From contig OZ241907.1 of the NCBI GenBank assembly GCA_965203515.1, forward strand, positions 2,880,001 to 2,944,000: a stretch of 64,000 nucleotides of DNA. Direction: 5' to 3'. Position numbers and translations under genes: made by a program. How positions within the stretch are numbered: the first letter of the stretch is position 1; every line of letters begins with the position of its first letter. The stretch is from Spirochaetia bacterium (GTDB taxonomy: Bacteria; Spirochaetota; Spirochaetia; SZUA-6; Bin103). Shown here in pieces: positions 47,355 through 58,408 of this stretch. Under the pieces are notes generated by a model. That model was not told the DNA's origin. It made no database searches and saw nothing but the letters and a program-made list of their open reading frames with translations.

Positions 47355-49357
47355 TCCGCCATCCCGCGAGCGATCCCGCCCCGGGCCCGGACGCGCCGGC
47401 GAAGTCCCGCATCGCGCGCGTCGAAGACGGCATGGTGATCGCCGCGCTCTTGCTGTTGGCGCTGATCCCCACGGCGCAGGTGATCGTCCGGCTGCTGTTC
47501 GACGTTTCCCTGACGGCGATCAACGACTACGTCCGGCATCTGGCGGTCTGGGTCGCCTGCCTGAGCGGCATCGTCGCCACGCGTGAGCGGCATCACCTGT
47601 CCCTGAGCGCCGGCCTGCCCAAGCTGCCCGCCCCGTACGACCGCTGGGCCGCGGTCGGCGCCGCGGCCATCACCGTGGCGGTCACCACGGCCGTGGCCGT
47701 CAGCGCCGCGTCGTTGACGCTGATCGGCTGGGATCCGTACGCGCGGGTCGGGGTGCTGCCCCGGCGCGCGGTGCTGGCGATCATGCCGATCGGCTTCGGG
47801 CTCATGGCGCTGCGCGCGGTCTTCGCCGCCGGGAGGCCGGTCGAGGACGGCCGTTCGGGGCGTGCGGGCATCGCGGCGGGCGTGCTCGGCATCGCCTTGG
47901 GCCTGGTGCTGGCGCTGCCGTCGCTGGTCAACGTGATCATCGCCGTCTCCTGGGAGATCGGGTCGGGGCTGCCGGCGCTGGAGATACCGCTGCTGGACGC
48001 CGCGGACGCCGTGACCGGCGCGGTGCGGTCGCTGCGACTGCCGCTGCTGATCGTGATGATCGTCTCGGCGGTGGCCGGCGTGCCGATCTTCGCCGTACTC
48101 GGCGGCATCGCCCTGGTGATGTTTGCCACCAACGGCGTGCTGGAGACGGTCCCCGACGAAGCGTACGGGATGCTCATCGGCGTGCACGTACCGGCGCTGC
48201 CGCTGTTCGCCGTGACCGGGTTCCTGCTGTCGGAGAGCGGCGCCGGGCAACGCCTCATCGATCTCTGCACCGTCCTGTTCTCCCGGTTCCGCGGCGGACT
48301 GATCATCGCTTCGACGCTGATCTGCGCCTATTTCACCACCTTCACGGGAGCATCGGGCGTGACCATCCTGGCGGTCGGTGGGCTGCTGGCGGCGCTCCTG
48401 GTGCAGAGCGGGTTCCGCAAGGACCTGGCGATCGGGCTGCTGACCGCCTCCGGCAGCATCGGCCTGCTGTTCCCTCCCAGCCTGCCGATCATCATGTACG
48501 GCATGGTCACCCAGACCGACATCAGGGCGCTGTTCGCCGGCGGTATCGGCCCCGGCGTCCTCATGGTGGCGGCCCTGATCGTCTTCACGCTGGTGCGCGC
48601 CCGCCGCATGGCGCGCCGCTCCGCCGCCCCGCGCGGGGCGGCGCCGGCGGGAGCAGCGTATGGCGCCTCAGCTCCGAAGGCTCCCGCCGGACTGCGGGAG
48701 ATCGGCGGAGCGCTGCGGCGCGCCGGCTGGGAAGCGGCGCTGCCGGTGATCATCCTGGTGCTGCTGTTCGGCGGCATCACCAACCTGGTGGAGACGGCCG
48801 CGGTCGCCGTGGTCTATCTGCTGGTGGTGCAGATGTTCATCCATCGCGACCTGCGCCCGCGCGACCTGCCGCGCCTGTTCGCCAAGGCAGCGCCGATCAT
48901 CGGCGGCATCCTGATCATCCTGGGTCTTGCCAAGGCGCTGTCGTTCGCGATCGTGGACGCGCAGGTGCCGCAGGCGTTGGTGCAGTGGTTTGCCGACCGC
49001 GTGCGCTCGCCCTACGCGTTCCTGATCCTGCTCAACCTGGCGCTGCTCATCGCCGGCTGCCTGATGGACATCTTCTCGGCCACCGTCGTGCTGGCGCCGC
49101 TGCTGATCCCGATCGGCGAGTCATACGGTCTCGATGCGGTCCACCTGGGGATCATCTTCCTGGCCAACCTGGAGCTCGGCTATCTGACCCCGCCGGTAGG
49201 ACTCAACCTGTTTCTGGCCTCCTACCGGTTCGAAACGCCGCTGTCGGGGCTGTACCGTTCCACCCTGCCGTTCCTGGCGATCCTGCTGGCGTCGGTCCTG
49301 GTGATCACCTACGTGCCTCCCCTGACCACCACGCTGGTCCGCCTGCTGGGCCTGTGA
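47351..49357 (+). CDS. TRAP transporter fused small and large permease (DctQ-DctM)
   Basis: HHLS DctQ motif; FTGASGVTILA, SGSIGLLFPPSLP, GYLTPPVGLNLF. Confidence 0.9.
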   Translation: MIRHPASDPAPGPDAPAKSRIARVEDGMVIAALLLLALIPTAQVIVRLLFDVSLTAINDYVRHLAVWVACLSGIVATRERHHLSLSAGLPKLPAPYDRWAAVGAAAITVAVTTAVAVSAASLTLIGWDPYARVGVLPRRAVLAIMPIGFGLMALRAVFAAGRPVEDGRSGRAGIAAGVLGIALGLVLALPSLVNVIIAVSWEIGSGLPALEIPLLDAADAVTGAVRSLRLPLLIVMIVSAVAGVPIFAVLGGIALVMFATNGVLETVPDEAYGMLIGVHVPALPLFAVTGFLLSESGAGQRLIDLCTVLFSRFRGGLIIASTLICAYFTTFTGASGVTILAVGGLLAALLVQSGFRKDLAIGLLTASGSIGLLFPPSLPIIMYGMVTQTDIRALFAGGIGPGVLMVAALIVFTLVRARRMARRSAAPRGAAPAGAAYGASAPKAPAGLREIGGALRRAGWEAALPVIILVLLFGGITNLVETAAVAVVYLLVVQMFIHRDLRPRDLPRLFAKAAPIIGGILIILGLAKALSFAIVDAQVPQALVQWFADRVRSPYAFLILLNLALLIAGCLMDIFSATVVLAPLLIPIGESYGLDAVHLGIIFLANLELGYLTPPVGLNLFLASYRFETPLSGLYRSTLPFLAILLASVLVITYVPPLTTTLVRLLGL

Positions 49358-49364
49358 GGTCGAA

Positions 49365-50504
49365 TTGACGCGGCCGGCATCGCGCGCGACCATGCCGGCG
49401 ACCATGCAGAAGTCAAACCAGCGGGAGTCATACCAGCGGGCAGAGCGGCAGTCAGGATCGAGGGGAAACCGCCGGCATGACGGCCCGCCGCGGCGGCCGT
49501 TCGCGCGCCGTTCGCGCGCGGCCCTGGCGCTGTTGGCGCTGGCGGCCGCCGGCGCCGGGGCGCAGAATCTGAAGTTCGGCAGCCTGGCGCCGCAGGATAC
49601 CGTGTGGGATACGGCGATGCGGCGCATCGGCGCCGAATGGGACCGCATCTCCGGCGGCGCCATCGACATCACCGTCTTCCCCGGCGGGGTGGCGGGGGAC
49701 GAGGTCGACATGGTGCGCAAGATGCGCACCGGCCAGTTGGACGGCGCCGCCGTGTCCGCAGTCGGTCTGGCGACCGTCTATCCGGGCGTGCTGGCGCTCG
49801 GCATGCCGTTCATGTTCGAGAACCAGGAAGAGCTGACGTACGTGACCGAGCGGCTGCAGCCGGTAATCGAAGAGGAGTTCGCGCGCCGCGGCTTCAAGGT
49901 GCTGATCTGGACCGCGGCCGGCTGGGTCCGTTTCTTCTCGCGGGAGCCGAACCCGACCCCCGCCGATCTCCAGCGGCAGAAGCTGAACGTCCCGGAAGCC
50001 AGCCCGCAGGTGGTCGACGCATGGAAGGAGGCCGGTTTCCGCATCTCGGAGCATCAGGTCACGGAACTGACGCTCGGCCTGCAGACCGGGGCGGTCGACG
50101 CCGTGCTCAACAGCCCGCTGATCGTCGCCCCGTTTCAGTGGTTCGGCATCGCCAAGCACATGAACGCGCTGAAGATCGCGCCGTTCTACGGCGCGATGGT
50201 GATCTCCGTCCGGTCATGGCGGCGGCTGCCCCGCGATATCCAGTCCGAGCTGCTGGCGGTCGCTCAGGAGATCGGCCGAGAGACGGCGGCGGAGGTGCTG
50301 GCCGCCGAGCGGGCCGCCATCGAGATCATGCGCCGATTCGGCCTGATCATCCACGAACCGACGCCCGAACAGGCGGCCGCGTGGCGGGTGCTGCAGCACG
50401 GCTTCGAGTCGTTGGTCGGGCCGGTCGTGGAAGAGCGCGTCTTCCGCATGGTCACCGACGCCCTGGCCGAGTACCGGGCCGGGCGCGCCGCCGCTTCACC
50501 GTAA
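49365..50504 (+). CDS. dctP: TRAP transporter substrate-binding protein DctP (TatP type)
   Basis: LKFGSLAP, FPGGVAGDE..MVRKMRTGQLDG, LQTGAVDA; start uncertain. Confidence 0.88.
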   Translation: MTRPASRATMPATMQKSNQRESYQRAERQSGSRGNRRHDGPPRRPFARRSRAALALLALAAAGAGAQNLKFGSLAPQDTVWDTAMRRIGAEWDRISGGAIDITVFPGGVAGDEVDMVRKMRTGQLDGAAVSAVGLATVYPGVLALGMPFMFENQEELTYVTERLQPVIEEEFARRGFKVLIWTAAGWVRFFSREPNPTPADLQRQKLNVPEASPQVVDAWKEAGFRISEHQVTELTLGLQTGAVDAVLNSPLIVAPFQWFGIAKHMNALKIAPFYGAMVISVRSWRRLPRDIQSELLAVAQEIGRETAAEVLAAERAAIEIMRRFGLIIHEPTPEQAAAWRVLQHGFESLVGPVVEERVFRMVTDALAEYRAGRAAASP

Positions 50505-51524
50505 CGCCGGCCGCGACCGGCGGTAGGCGCGTACCGTGCGATCGATGCCTTCGCGGTAGTCGATCGCCGGCCTGAAGCCCAGCACCGCCCGCGCGCGGGC
50601 GATGGAAAAGTGGTAGTCGTGCGAGGTCTGCGCGACCCGGTAGACGGTCAGCGGCGGCTCGCCGGCGGCCGGCACCGCGCGCCAGGCGCGTTCGATCACG
50701 TGGGCAGCCGGCAGCGCCAACCACGCCGGTACCGGCCAGCGCGGCGGAGCGCGGCCCAGCAGCGCGGCAGCGTGCTGCAGGAGCTGCCGCCAGCGCACCC
50801 GCTCGCCCCCGGTCACCAGCAGGACCTCGCCGGCAGCCGCTTCCACCTCCAGCGCCAGCTCGAAGGCGCGCGCCACGTCATCGACGTACACCGGGCAGGT
50901 CAGACGGCGGCCGGCGTCGATGAAGGCCGGCAGCCCGCGGTCGATCGCCTGCAGGATGCGGTAGAAGCTGGTGGTGTCGTCGGGGCCGTAGACGTTGCCG
51001 AGGCGCAGCACCACGGCGCCGGCCATGAGCGCTCGCACGCTCCGTTCGGCGGCCAGCTTGCTCTCCTGATACGGGTTGACCGGCGGGTAGAACGGACCGT
51101 CCTCGGTGGTGCCGCGATGCGGGCCGAAGCCGTGTACGGCCGCCGAGCCCGCGTGCACCAGGCGGCGGCAGCGGGCCGCCGCCGCCGCTCGGCACAGCCG
51201 CGCCGACAGCTCCTCGTTGTGGCGACGGAAGTGCGCGCGCGTTCCCCAGTCGCTGACCGCACCCGCGCAGTGCACGACCGTCGACGCGCCCGCAAGCGCG
51301 GCGCGCGCGCCGTGATCGTGGCTCAGGTCGTGGCGCTGCAGGCGCACCCCGGCGGCGGCCAGCCGCCGCATCCGATCCTCCGGGCCGCCGCGCAGGTAGA
51401 TGCCGCGCACCCGGCGTCCGGTGGCGGCCAGGCGGACCGCCAGCGCGGAGCCGATGAACCCGGAAGCGCCGGTCACGACCGTGTCGACGGGCTCGGAATG
51501 GCCGATGCGCTCAGCCCCGCTCAG
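50496..51524 (-). CDS. NAD-dependent epimerase/dehydratase (3beta-HSD-like extended SDR)
   Basis: VTGASGFIG, HCAGAVSDWG, YQESK, NVYGP; no canonical start found near the N-terminus (CTG overlapping the upstream stop assumed). Confidence 0.8.
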   Translation of the reverse strand: MSGAERIGHSEPVDTVVTGASGFIGSALAVRLAATGRRVRGIYLRGGPEDRMRRLAAAGVRLQRHDLSHDHGARAALAGASTVVHCAGAVSDWGTRAHFRRHNEELSARLCRAAAAARCRRLVHAGSAAVHGFGPHRGTTEDGPFYPPVNPYQESKLAAERSVRALMAGAVVLRLGNVYGPDDTTSFYRILQAIDRGLPAFIDAGRRLTCPVYVDDVARAFELALEVEAAAGEVLLVTGGERVRWRQLLQHAAALLGRAPPRWPVPAWLALPAAHVIERAWRAVPAAGEPPLTVYRVAQTSHDYHFSIARARAVLGFRPAIDYREGIDRTVRAYRRSRPALR

Positions 51525-52234
51525 CGCGTGATCATGATCGTCACGTCCAGGGCGATGCCGGCGGCGGCGTGGATGAGAAGGCCCGGCAGCAGCGAGCCGG
51601 TACGCACGGCGAGCATCCCCAGCGCCAGGCCGAAGGGAAAGGCGGCCGCCAGTTCGACGGCCGGATGGCCGATGTGCATCAGCGTCGACGCGAGCGCCTG
51701 CGGGGTGGCGGCCAGCAGCACGCCGCCAGCGCCGGCGCCGCGCCGCGGCAACAGCGGGAACAGCAGCGCGCCGCGGAACGTCAGCTCCCACGGCACGTAG
51801 TAGAAGCACAGGTACGCCAGCGCGTGCGCGGCCATGCCGACCGGCGACTTGGCCAGCTCCAGCGTGTAGGGCCGCGCGTACGGGTAGAAGGCGGCGAGCT
51901 GCGGGTCCCGCAGGGAGAGGACGCTGACGAACGCCGTGACCGCGCATGCCAACAACACGGTGACGGGGCGGATACGCTTGGCCCTGCGGACGCCGATCTC
52001 GCGCAAGCGGCCGCCGGCGGCGCGCAGGGCGACCGCCGGCGCCACGCCCAGCAGCGCGACGGCGGCGGCGAAGCGCACGGCATAGTCCAGGAACGGGGCC
52101 GGTTCGGCGCCCGCCAGCAGCCGGGCCAGCGGCGCGGAGCCGGGCGGCGTCACCGCGAGCGCGAACAGCGTCAACCCGGCGGCAGCGGTCACGACCACGC
52201 CCGCCAGATCGGACCGCATCGACCAGCCGGTCAC
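51521..52234 (-). CDS. CPBP (CAAX/Abi) family intramembrane metalloprotease
   Basis: WELTFRG, HIGHP..E, SLLPGLLIH motifs; multi-TM. Confidence 0.8.
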   Translation of the reverse strand: MTGWSMRSDLAGVVVTAAAGLTLFALAVTPPGSAPLARLLAGAEPAPFLDYAVRFAAAVALLGVAPAVALRAAGGRLREIGVRRAKRIRPVTVLLACAVTAFVSVLSLRDPQLAAFYPYARPYTLELAKSPVGMAAHALAYLCFYYVPWELTFRGALLFPLLPRRGAGAGGVLLAATPQALASTLMHIGHPAVELAAAFPFGLALGMLAVRTGSLLPGLLIHAAAGIALDVTIMITR

Positions 52235-53385
52235 CGGTTCCCTGCCAGCGCCGCGATCACCGCGCCGGCCACCTGACCGGCGCCGGTCGGCCGCGGCGCG
52301 CGGGCCAGCGCCCGCCGGGCGGATTCCAGCTCGCCGCCGACCAGCGCGCGCCGGAGAGCAGCCGCGAAGGCGCGGGGCGACGGAGCGTACCAGCCGTACC
52401 CGTTGCGGACGATGAAGCTGCGGCTGTGCCGCTCATTGGGAGCGCCGACCTGGGTGATCAGGAACGGCAGCCGCGCCGCCGTCACCTCCAGCGTGAACAG
52501 GGTGCCGCACTTCCCGGCGGCCAAGTCGGCGGCTGCCAGCAGAACCTCCATGTCATCGCGAAAGGGTAGCGGGATGACCCGGCAGCCGGCGAACCGCGAC
52601 GCCAGACGGCGCCGCAGCGCGGCGTTGCGACCGGTCGATACCAGCAACACCGCGTCCGGCACCGCGCGTATGCACGCGCGCACGAATCCCTCGGCGTCGC
52701 CGATGCCGGCGCCGCCCAGACCGTAGAAGACGACCGGCCGGCGTCGATCCAGACGCAGGCGGCGCCGCGCCTCATCGCGGTCCGGCGCCGCCAGGAACCG
52801 CCGGTGCGTGATCGGCGCCACCTGCTCGATGCGCGCGGGCGCCACCCCCGACGCGCGCAACGCGGCGGCGGCGGCGGCGCCCATGGCGAAATAGCGGTCG
52901 GCGCCGCACGCCAGCAGGTGATGGGCGCCGCCCAACTCGGTGAAGACGTACCAGAGCGGCGGCCGATGCCGGGCGCGCCGCCGAGCGTGGGCGAAGATGT
53001 GCGCGGTGCCCCAATGCGCGGCCAGCACCCCCGCCGGCCGTCGGTTGTCGAGCAGCTCGCAGGCGCGCGGAACCGCCGCCGCCGCGGCGCCGCGGTTGAC
53101 CAGCCGGCTCAGCGCCGGAAGCGCCGAGTCGCCGGCGAAGGCGAGCTGTCCGGCGCGGCGATGGCGCAGGATCCAGTCCCACGAGGAGACGTAGAAGCGC
53201 TCGGTGCGCGGCCCGCCGAGCGGCGCCGCGTCGACCGGCTCCGCCGCGCAGCCACGCTCGTCGAGCGCCGCCGCGACCGCGCGGGCGGCCGACAGGTGGC
53301 CGGCACCGGCCGCGAAGTACGGAACGATGACCGGTCCGGGACGCGCCGCTTTCCCCTGCGCCGGAGGGGCCGTCTCATCGTCCAT
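52231..53385 (-). CDS. MGDG-synthase-like glycosyltransferase (GT28)
   Basis: AGAGHLSAARAV, GGAGIG, TGRN..LR, M..LLAAADL..GK.G, PNE. Confidence 0.82.
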   Translation of the reverse strand: MDDETAPPAQGKAARPGPVIVPYFAAGAGHLSAARAVAAALDERGCAAEPVDAAPLGGPRTERFYVSSWDWILRHRRAGQLAFAGDSALPALSRLVNRGAAAAAVPRACELLDNRRPAGVLAAHWGTAHIFAHARRRARHRPPLWYVFTELGGAHHLLACGADRYFAMGAAAAAALRASGVAPARIEQVAPITHRRFLAAPDRDEARRRLRLDRRRPVVFYGLGGAGIGDAEGFVRACIRAVPDAVLLVSTGRNAALRRRLASRFAGCRVIPLPFRDDMEVLLAAADLAAGKCGTLFTLEVTAARLPFLITQVGAPNERHSRSFIVRNGYGWYAPSPRAFAAALRRALVGGELESARRALARAPRPTGAGQVAGAVIAALAGNR

Positions 53386-53516
53386 CGGTCGCGAGCGCGA
53401 GTATAGCGTAGAGGCGCGCCGTGCACGCGCCGGAGCGATGCCGGCTGCGCCGTTGGCGGTGGACAGCGATACGCGCCGGCCGTCAAGCTGCCCCCCGGTC
53501 GTACCGCGAAAGAGCC

Positions 53517-55316
53517 GTGTCAGCCGCGCCAGTTCAGTATCCGCCGATTCCCTACGGGCGAGCCAATTTCCGCAGCCTGCGGCTCGACGGCTGCCTCTAC
53601 GTGGACAAGACGCGCTTCATCCGCGACCTGGAGCAGGAGCGCTACGTGTTCCTCATCCGCCCGCGGCGGTTCGGCAAGACGCTGTGGCTGACGATGTTGA
53701 GCGCCTACTACGACCGCACCCAGGCCAAGGACTTCCAGGCGGTCTTCGCCGGCACCGACATCGGCCGGCAGCCGACCGCCGACCGAAGCCGCTACGTGGT
53801 GCTGTACTTCGACTTCTCGGCGTTCAAGCAGACCCTGCCGACGTTGGAGGAGCAATTCGAGCGGCACTGCCTGCTCCACGTCCGCGACGCGCTGCGGCGC
53901 AACCGCGACCTGTTCGACCATGACGCGGCGCGCGCCATCCTCGCCTCGCCGTCGATCAACGAAGCGCTCGAGGCGCTGTTCCTGTACGCGCGCGACCACG
54001 ACTTCCCGCTCTACGTCCTGATCGACGAGTACGACAACTTCGCCAATACCATCCTCGCCCATCAGGGCGCCGAGGCGTACCACGCGTTCACCCACGGCGG
54101 CGGCTTCTTCCGCAACTTCTTCGCCACGCTGAAGGCCGGCACCGCGGAGACCGGCTGCGTCGAGCGGCTGTTCGTGACCGGCGTCTCCCCGATCACCATG
54201 GACGACGTCACCAGCGGCTTCAACATCGGCACCAACCTCAGCCTGCGGCGCGAATGCAACGACCTGCTCGGCTTCACCGAGGCGGAGGTGCGGGAGGCGC
54301 TGGCGGCGTACCGCGGCCGGGGTCTTCTCGACCAAGACGCGGACGCTGCGCTGGCCGTAATGCGCGAATGGTACGCCGGCTACCGCTTCGCCGAAGGAGC
54401 GGCCGGCGACATCTACCACCCCGACATGGTGCTCTACTACCTGCGGGAATCGATTCCGAACCGGGGCGCCCCGCGCGACCTGATCGACGACAACATCCGC
54501 ATCGACTACGGCAAGCTGCGTCACCTGCTGCTGGTCAACCGCCAGGCGAGCGGGCGGCAGTACGCCGCCGCGGGCGAAGCCGAGCTGAACGGCAACTTCG
54601 ACCTGCTCCGCCACGTGATCGCCGAGGAACGGGTGGACTCCCCGATCCGCAGCAGCTTCCCGCTGCAGCGGCTGAGCGAGCGCGAGAACTACCTGTCGCT
54701 GCTGCACTGCTTCGGCCTGCTCAGCATCCGCGGCACGGTCGAGGGCACGCCGCGCCTCGGCATCCCCAATCAGACCGTCAAGCGGCTGCTGTACGGCCAC
54801 CTGCGGGCCGCGTTCGAGGACCTCGCGTTCACCGCCGACTTCCACGTCCTGGAACGGCGCATCCACGAGATGGCCTACCGCGGCGCGTGGCGCCCGGTGT
54901 TCGATTACCTGGCCGGCGCCGTCGCCCGGCAGACCGGCATCCGCGACTACCTGGCCGGGGAGAAGGTGCTGCACGGCTTCCTGGCGGCCTACCTCGGCGC
55001 CACCGAGCATTTCCTGTTCCACTCGGAGCGGGAGCTGAACCGAGGCTACGCGGACATCTGCCTGGAGCCGAACCTGGCTAGATACGCGGACATGCGGCAC
55101 GGCTACGTGATCGAGCTCAAGTACCTCAAGCCCGGCGCGAGGGAGGACCGGGTGGGCGCCGCGGCGGCGGAGGCGACCGCCCAGTTGCGCCGCTACCTGG
55201 CCGACCGCGAGCTCCGCCGGCAGTACCCGGCGGTCCGGTTCACCGGCTTGTCGCTGGTGTTCCGGGGCGCGGAGCTGGTTCGATCCGACGCCGTCCCGAT
55301 GCCGTCGGAGGAGTGA
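53517..55316 (+). CDS. AAA-ATPase-like protein with C-terminal PD-(D/E)XK nuclease
   Basis: IPYG, YVDKT, RPRRFGKT, LIDEYD, TGVSP; GYADICL...VIELK. Confidence 0.9.
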   Translation: MSAAPVQYPPIPYGRANFRSLRLDGCLYVDKTRFIRDLEQERYVFLIRPRRFGKTLWLTMLSAYYDRTQAKDFQAVFAGTDIGRQPTADRSRYVVLYFDFSAFKQTLPTLEEQFERHCLLHVRDALRRNRDLFDHDAARAILASPSINEALEALFLYARDHDFPLYVLIDEYDNFANTILAHQGAEAYHAFTHGGGFFRNFFATLKAGTAETGCVERLFVTGVSPITMDDVTSGFNIGTNLSLRRECNDLLGFTEAEVREALAAYRGRGLLDQDADAALAVMREWYAGYRFAEGAAGDIYHPDMVLYYLRESIPNRGAPRDLIDDNIRIDYGKLRHLLLVNRQASGRQYAAAGEAELNGNFDLLRHVIAEERVDSPIRSSFPLQRLSERENYLSLLHCFGLLSIRGTVEGTPRLGIPNQTVKRLLYGHLRAAFEDLAFTADFHVLERRIHEMAYRGAWRPVFDYLAGAVARQTGIRDYLAGEKVLHGFLAAYLGATEHFLFHSERELNRGYADICLEPNLARYADMRHGYVIELKYLKPGAREDRVGAAAAEATAQLRRYLADRELRRQYPAVRFTGLSLVFRGAELVRSDAVPMPSEE

Positions 55317-55367
55317 GCCACGCCCGCTCCCGGGGGGAACTGTCTGTCCGCTCCCGCCAGGACCGAC

Positions 55368-56803
<1,436 letters not shown>

Positions 56804-56807
<4 letters not shown>

Positions 56808-57124
56808 GACGGCGCTCCCCCGCCCTTGCCGGTCTCCTTGGCCTTGAACATCTCCAGCATGCGGTCGGTGACCAGGTAGCCGCCGACCACGTTGATGGTG
56901 GCGAATCCCACCGCCGCGGCGGCAAAGATGGTCACCAGCGTGCCGGAGCCGCCCTGCCCGGCCAGCGCCAGAGCGCCGACGATCGAGATGCCGGAGATCG
57001 CGTTGGAGCCCGACATCAGCGGCGTGTGGAGCTGCGACGGCACCTTGGTGATGAGCTCCAACCCAAGGAACATCGCAAGCACGAAGATGAAGAACAGAAA
57101 CTGAAAGAGTTGCGCGGCTTCCAT
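56804..57124 (-). CDS. pntA: NAD(P) transhydrogenase subunit alpha part 2
   Basis: VPSQLHTPLMSGSNAISG, VTDRMLEMF. Confidence 0.95.
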
Positions 57125-57184
57125 GACCTTCTTGTTTGTCCTCGGACGCCGGGCGTCCGTTTTTCCAGGATGTGGGTTCGGCGG

Positions 57185-58324
57185 TTATCCCGAGGTGATC
57201 TTGCGGACCATCTCGTTGACCATCTGCCCGTCGTGGGTGACCAGGCTGCCGGCGATGATCTCGTCCTCGCGGTCGAGCTGCATGCCCTTGCTCTCGTCGT
57301 CCCAGAACTCGTCGACGTAGTTGTACAGGTTGTTGGCGTACATGGCGCTGGCGGACGCCGCGTAGCGCCCGGGGATGTTGCGCAGGCCGACGATCCTGAC
57401 GCCGTCGACCTGGATCTCCTTGCCGGGGACCGACCCTTCGACGTTGCCGCCCGACTCGACCGCGTAGTCGACGATGATCGAGCCGGCCTTCATGCGCCCC
57501 ACCACGTCGGCGCTGATGACGACCGGCGCCCGGCGCCCGAACAGTTGCGCGGTGGTGATGACGATATCGGCGTTGGCGCAGGTCTCCGCCATCAGCTCGC
57601 GCTGCTTGGCGAGCTGCTCCGGGGTCAGCTCCTGGGCGTAGCCCTGGTCGGTCTGACCGGTCGCTCCCAGGTCGACCTTGATGAACTTGGCGCCGAGCGA
57701 CTTGACCTGCTCCTCCACCACCGGGCGGGTGTCGAACGCCTCCACGCGCGCGCCGAGGCGCTTGGCGGTGGCGATCGCCTGCAGGCCGGCCACCCCGGCG
57801 CCAATGATGAACGCGCGCGCCGGCTGCAGCGTGCCGGACGGCGTCATCATCATCGGCATGACGGCGCCCAGCCGTTCGGCGGCCAGCACCACCATGGCGT
57901 AGCCGGCGATGTTGTGCTGGGAGCTGAGGGCGTCGAGCTTCTGGGCGCGGGTGGAGCGGGGGACCAGTTCCACGCTGATCGCGCTCACGCCCCGCCGGGC
58001 CAGCGCGTCGATCAGCCGGGGCTCATTGAACGGGTCCAGGAAGCTGACGTGGATGGCCCCCTTCCGCATGCGGGACACTTCGTCGTCCGGCGGGCGCCGG
58101 ACGCGCAGGACGATGTCGGCCTTGGCCAGCTCCCGCTTGCGGTCGGTGACGACCTCCGCGCCGGCTTCGCGGTACTGGTCGTCGGAAAAGTGGCAACCGG
58201 CGCCGGCGCCGGACTCGACGGCCACCACGGCGCCGTCCTTGCGCCGATAGCGCCGCACCGCGTCAGGGGTGGCGGCCGTGCGCGGCTCGCCGGGATCGGT
58301 CTCTTTGGGAACGAAGATGCGCAT
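57185..58324 (-). CDS. pntA: NAD(P) transhydrogenase subunit alpha part 1
   Basis: PRSTRAQKLDALSS, GAGVAGLQAIATAKRLGA, GGNVE. Confidence 0.95.
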   Translation of the reverse strand: MRIFVPKETDPGEPRTAATPDAVRRYRRKDGAVVAVESGAGAGCHFSDDQYREAGAEVVTDRKRELAKADIVLRVRRPPDDEVSRMRKGAIHVSFLDPFNEPRLIDALARRGVSAISVELVPRSTRAQKLDALSSQHNIAGYAMVVLAAERLGAVMPMMMTPSGTLQPARAFIIGAGVAGLQAIATAKRLGARVEAFDTRPVVEEQVKSLGAKFIKVDLGATGQTDQGYAQELTPEQLAKQRELMAETCANADIVITTAQLFGRRAPVVISADVVGRMKAGSIIVDYAVESGGNVEGSVPGKEIQVDGVRIVGLRNIPGRYAASASAMYANNLYNYVDEFWDDESKGMQLDREDEIIAGSLVTHDGQMVNEMVRKITSG

Positions 58325-58408
58325 CGCCCTCTATTTGTGGGGCGATCGGCGCGGAAGTCAACCGCGGCCGGATCGTGCCGCCGCGGCGGCGGCCCGGCCG
58401 GCCCCCGG

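Noticed and set aside
51521..52234. Abi-named CPBP protein as an abortive-infection gene
   Set aside because: The family name does not imply phage defence, and the context is a lipid-modifying operon.
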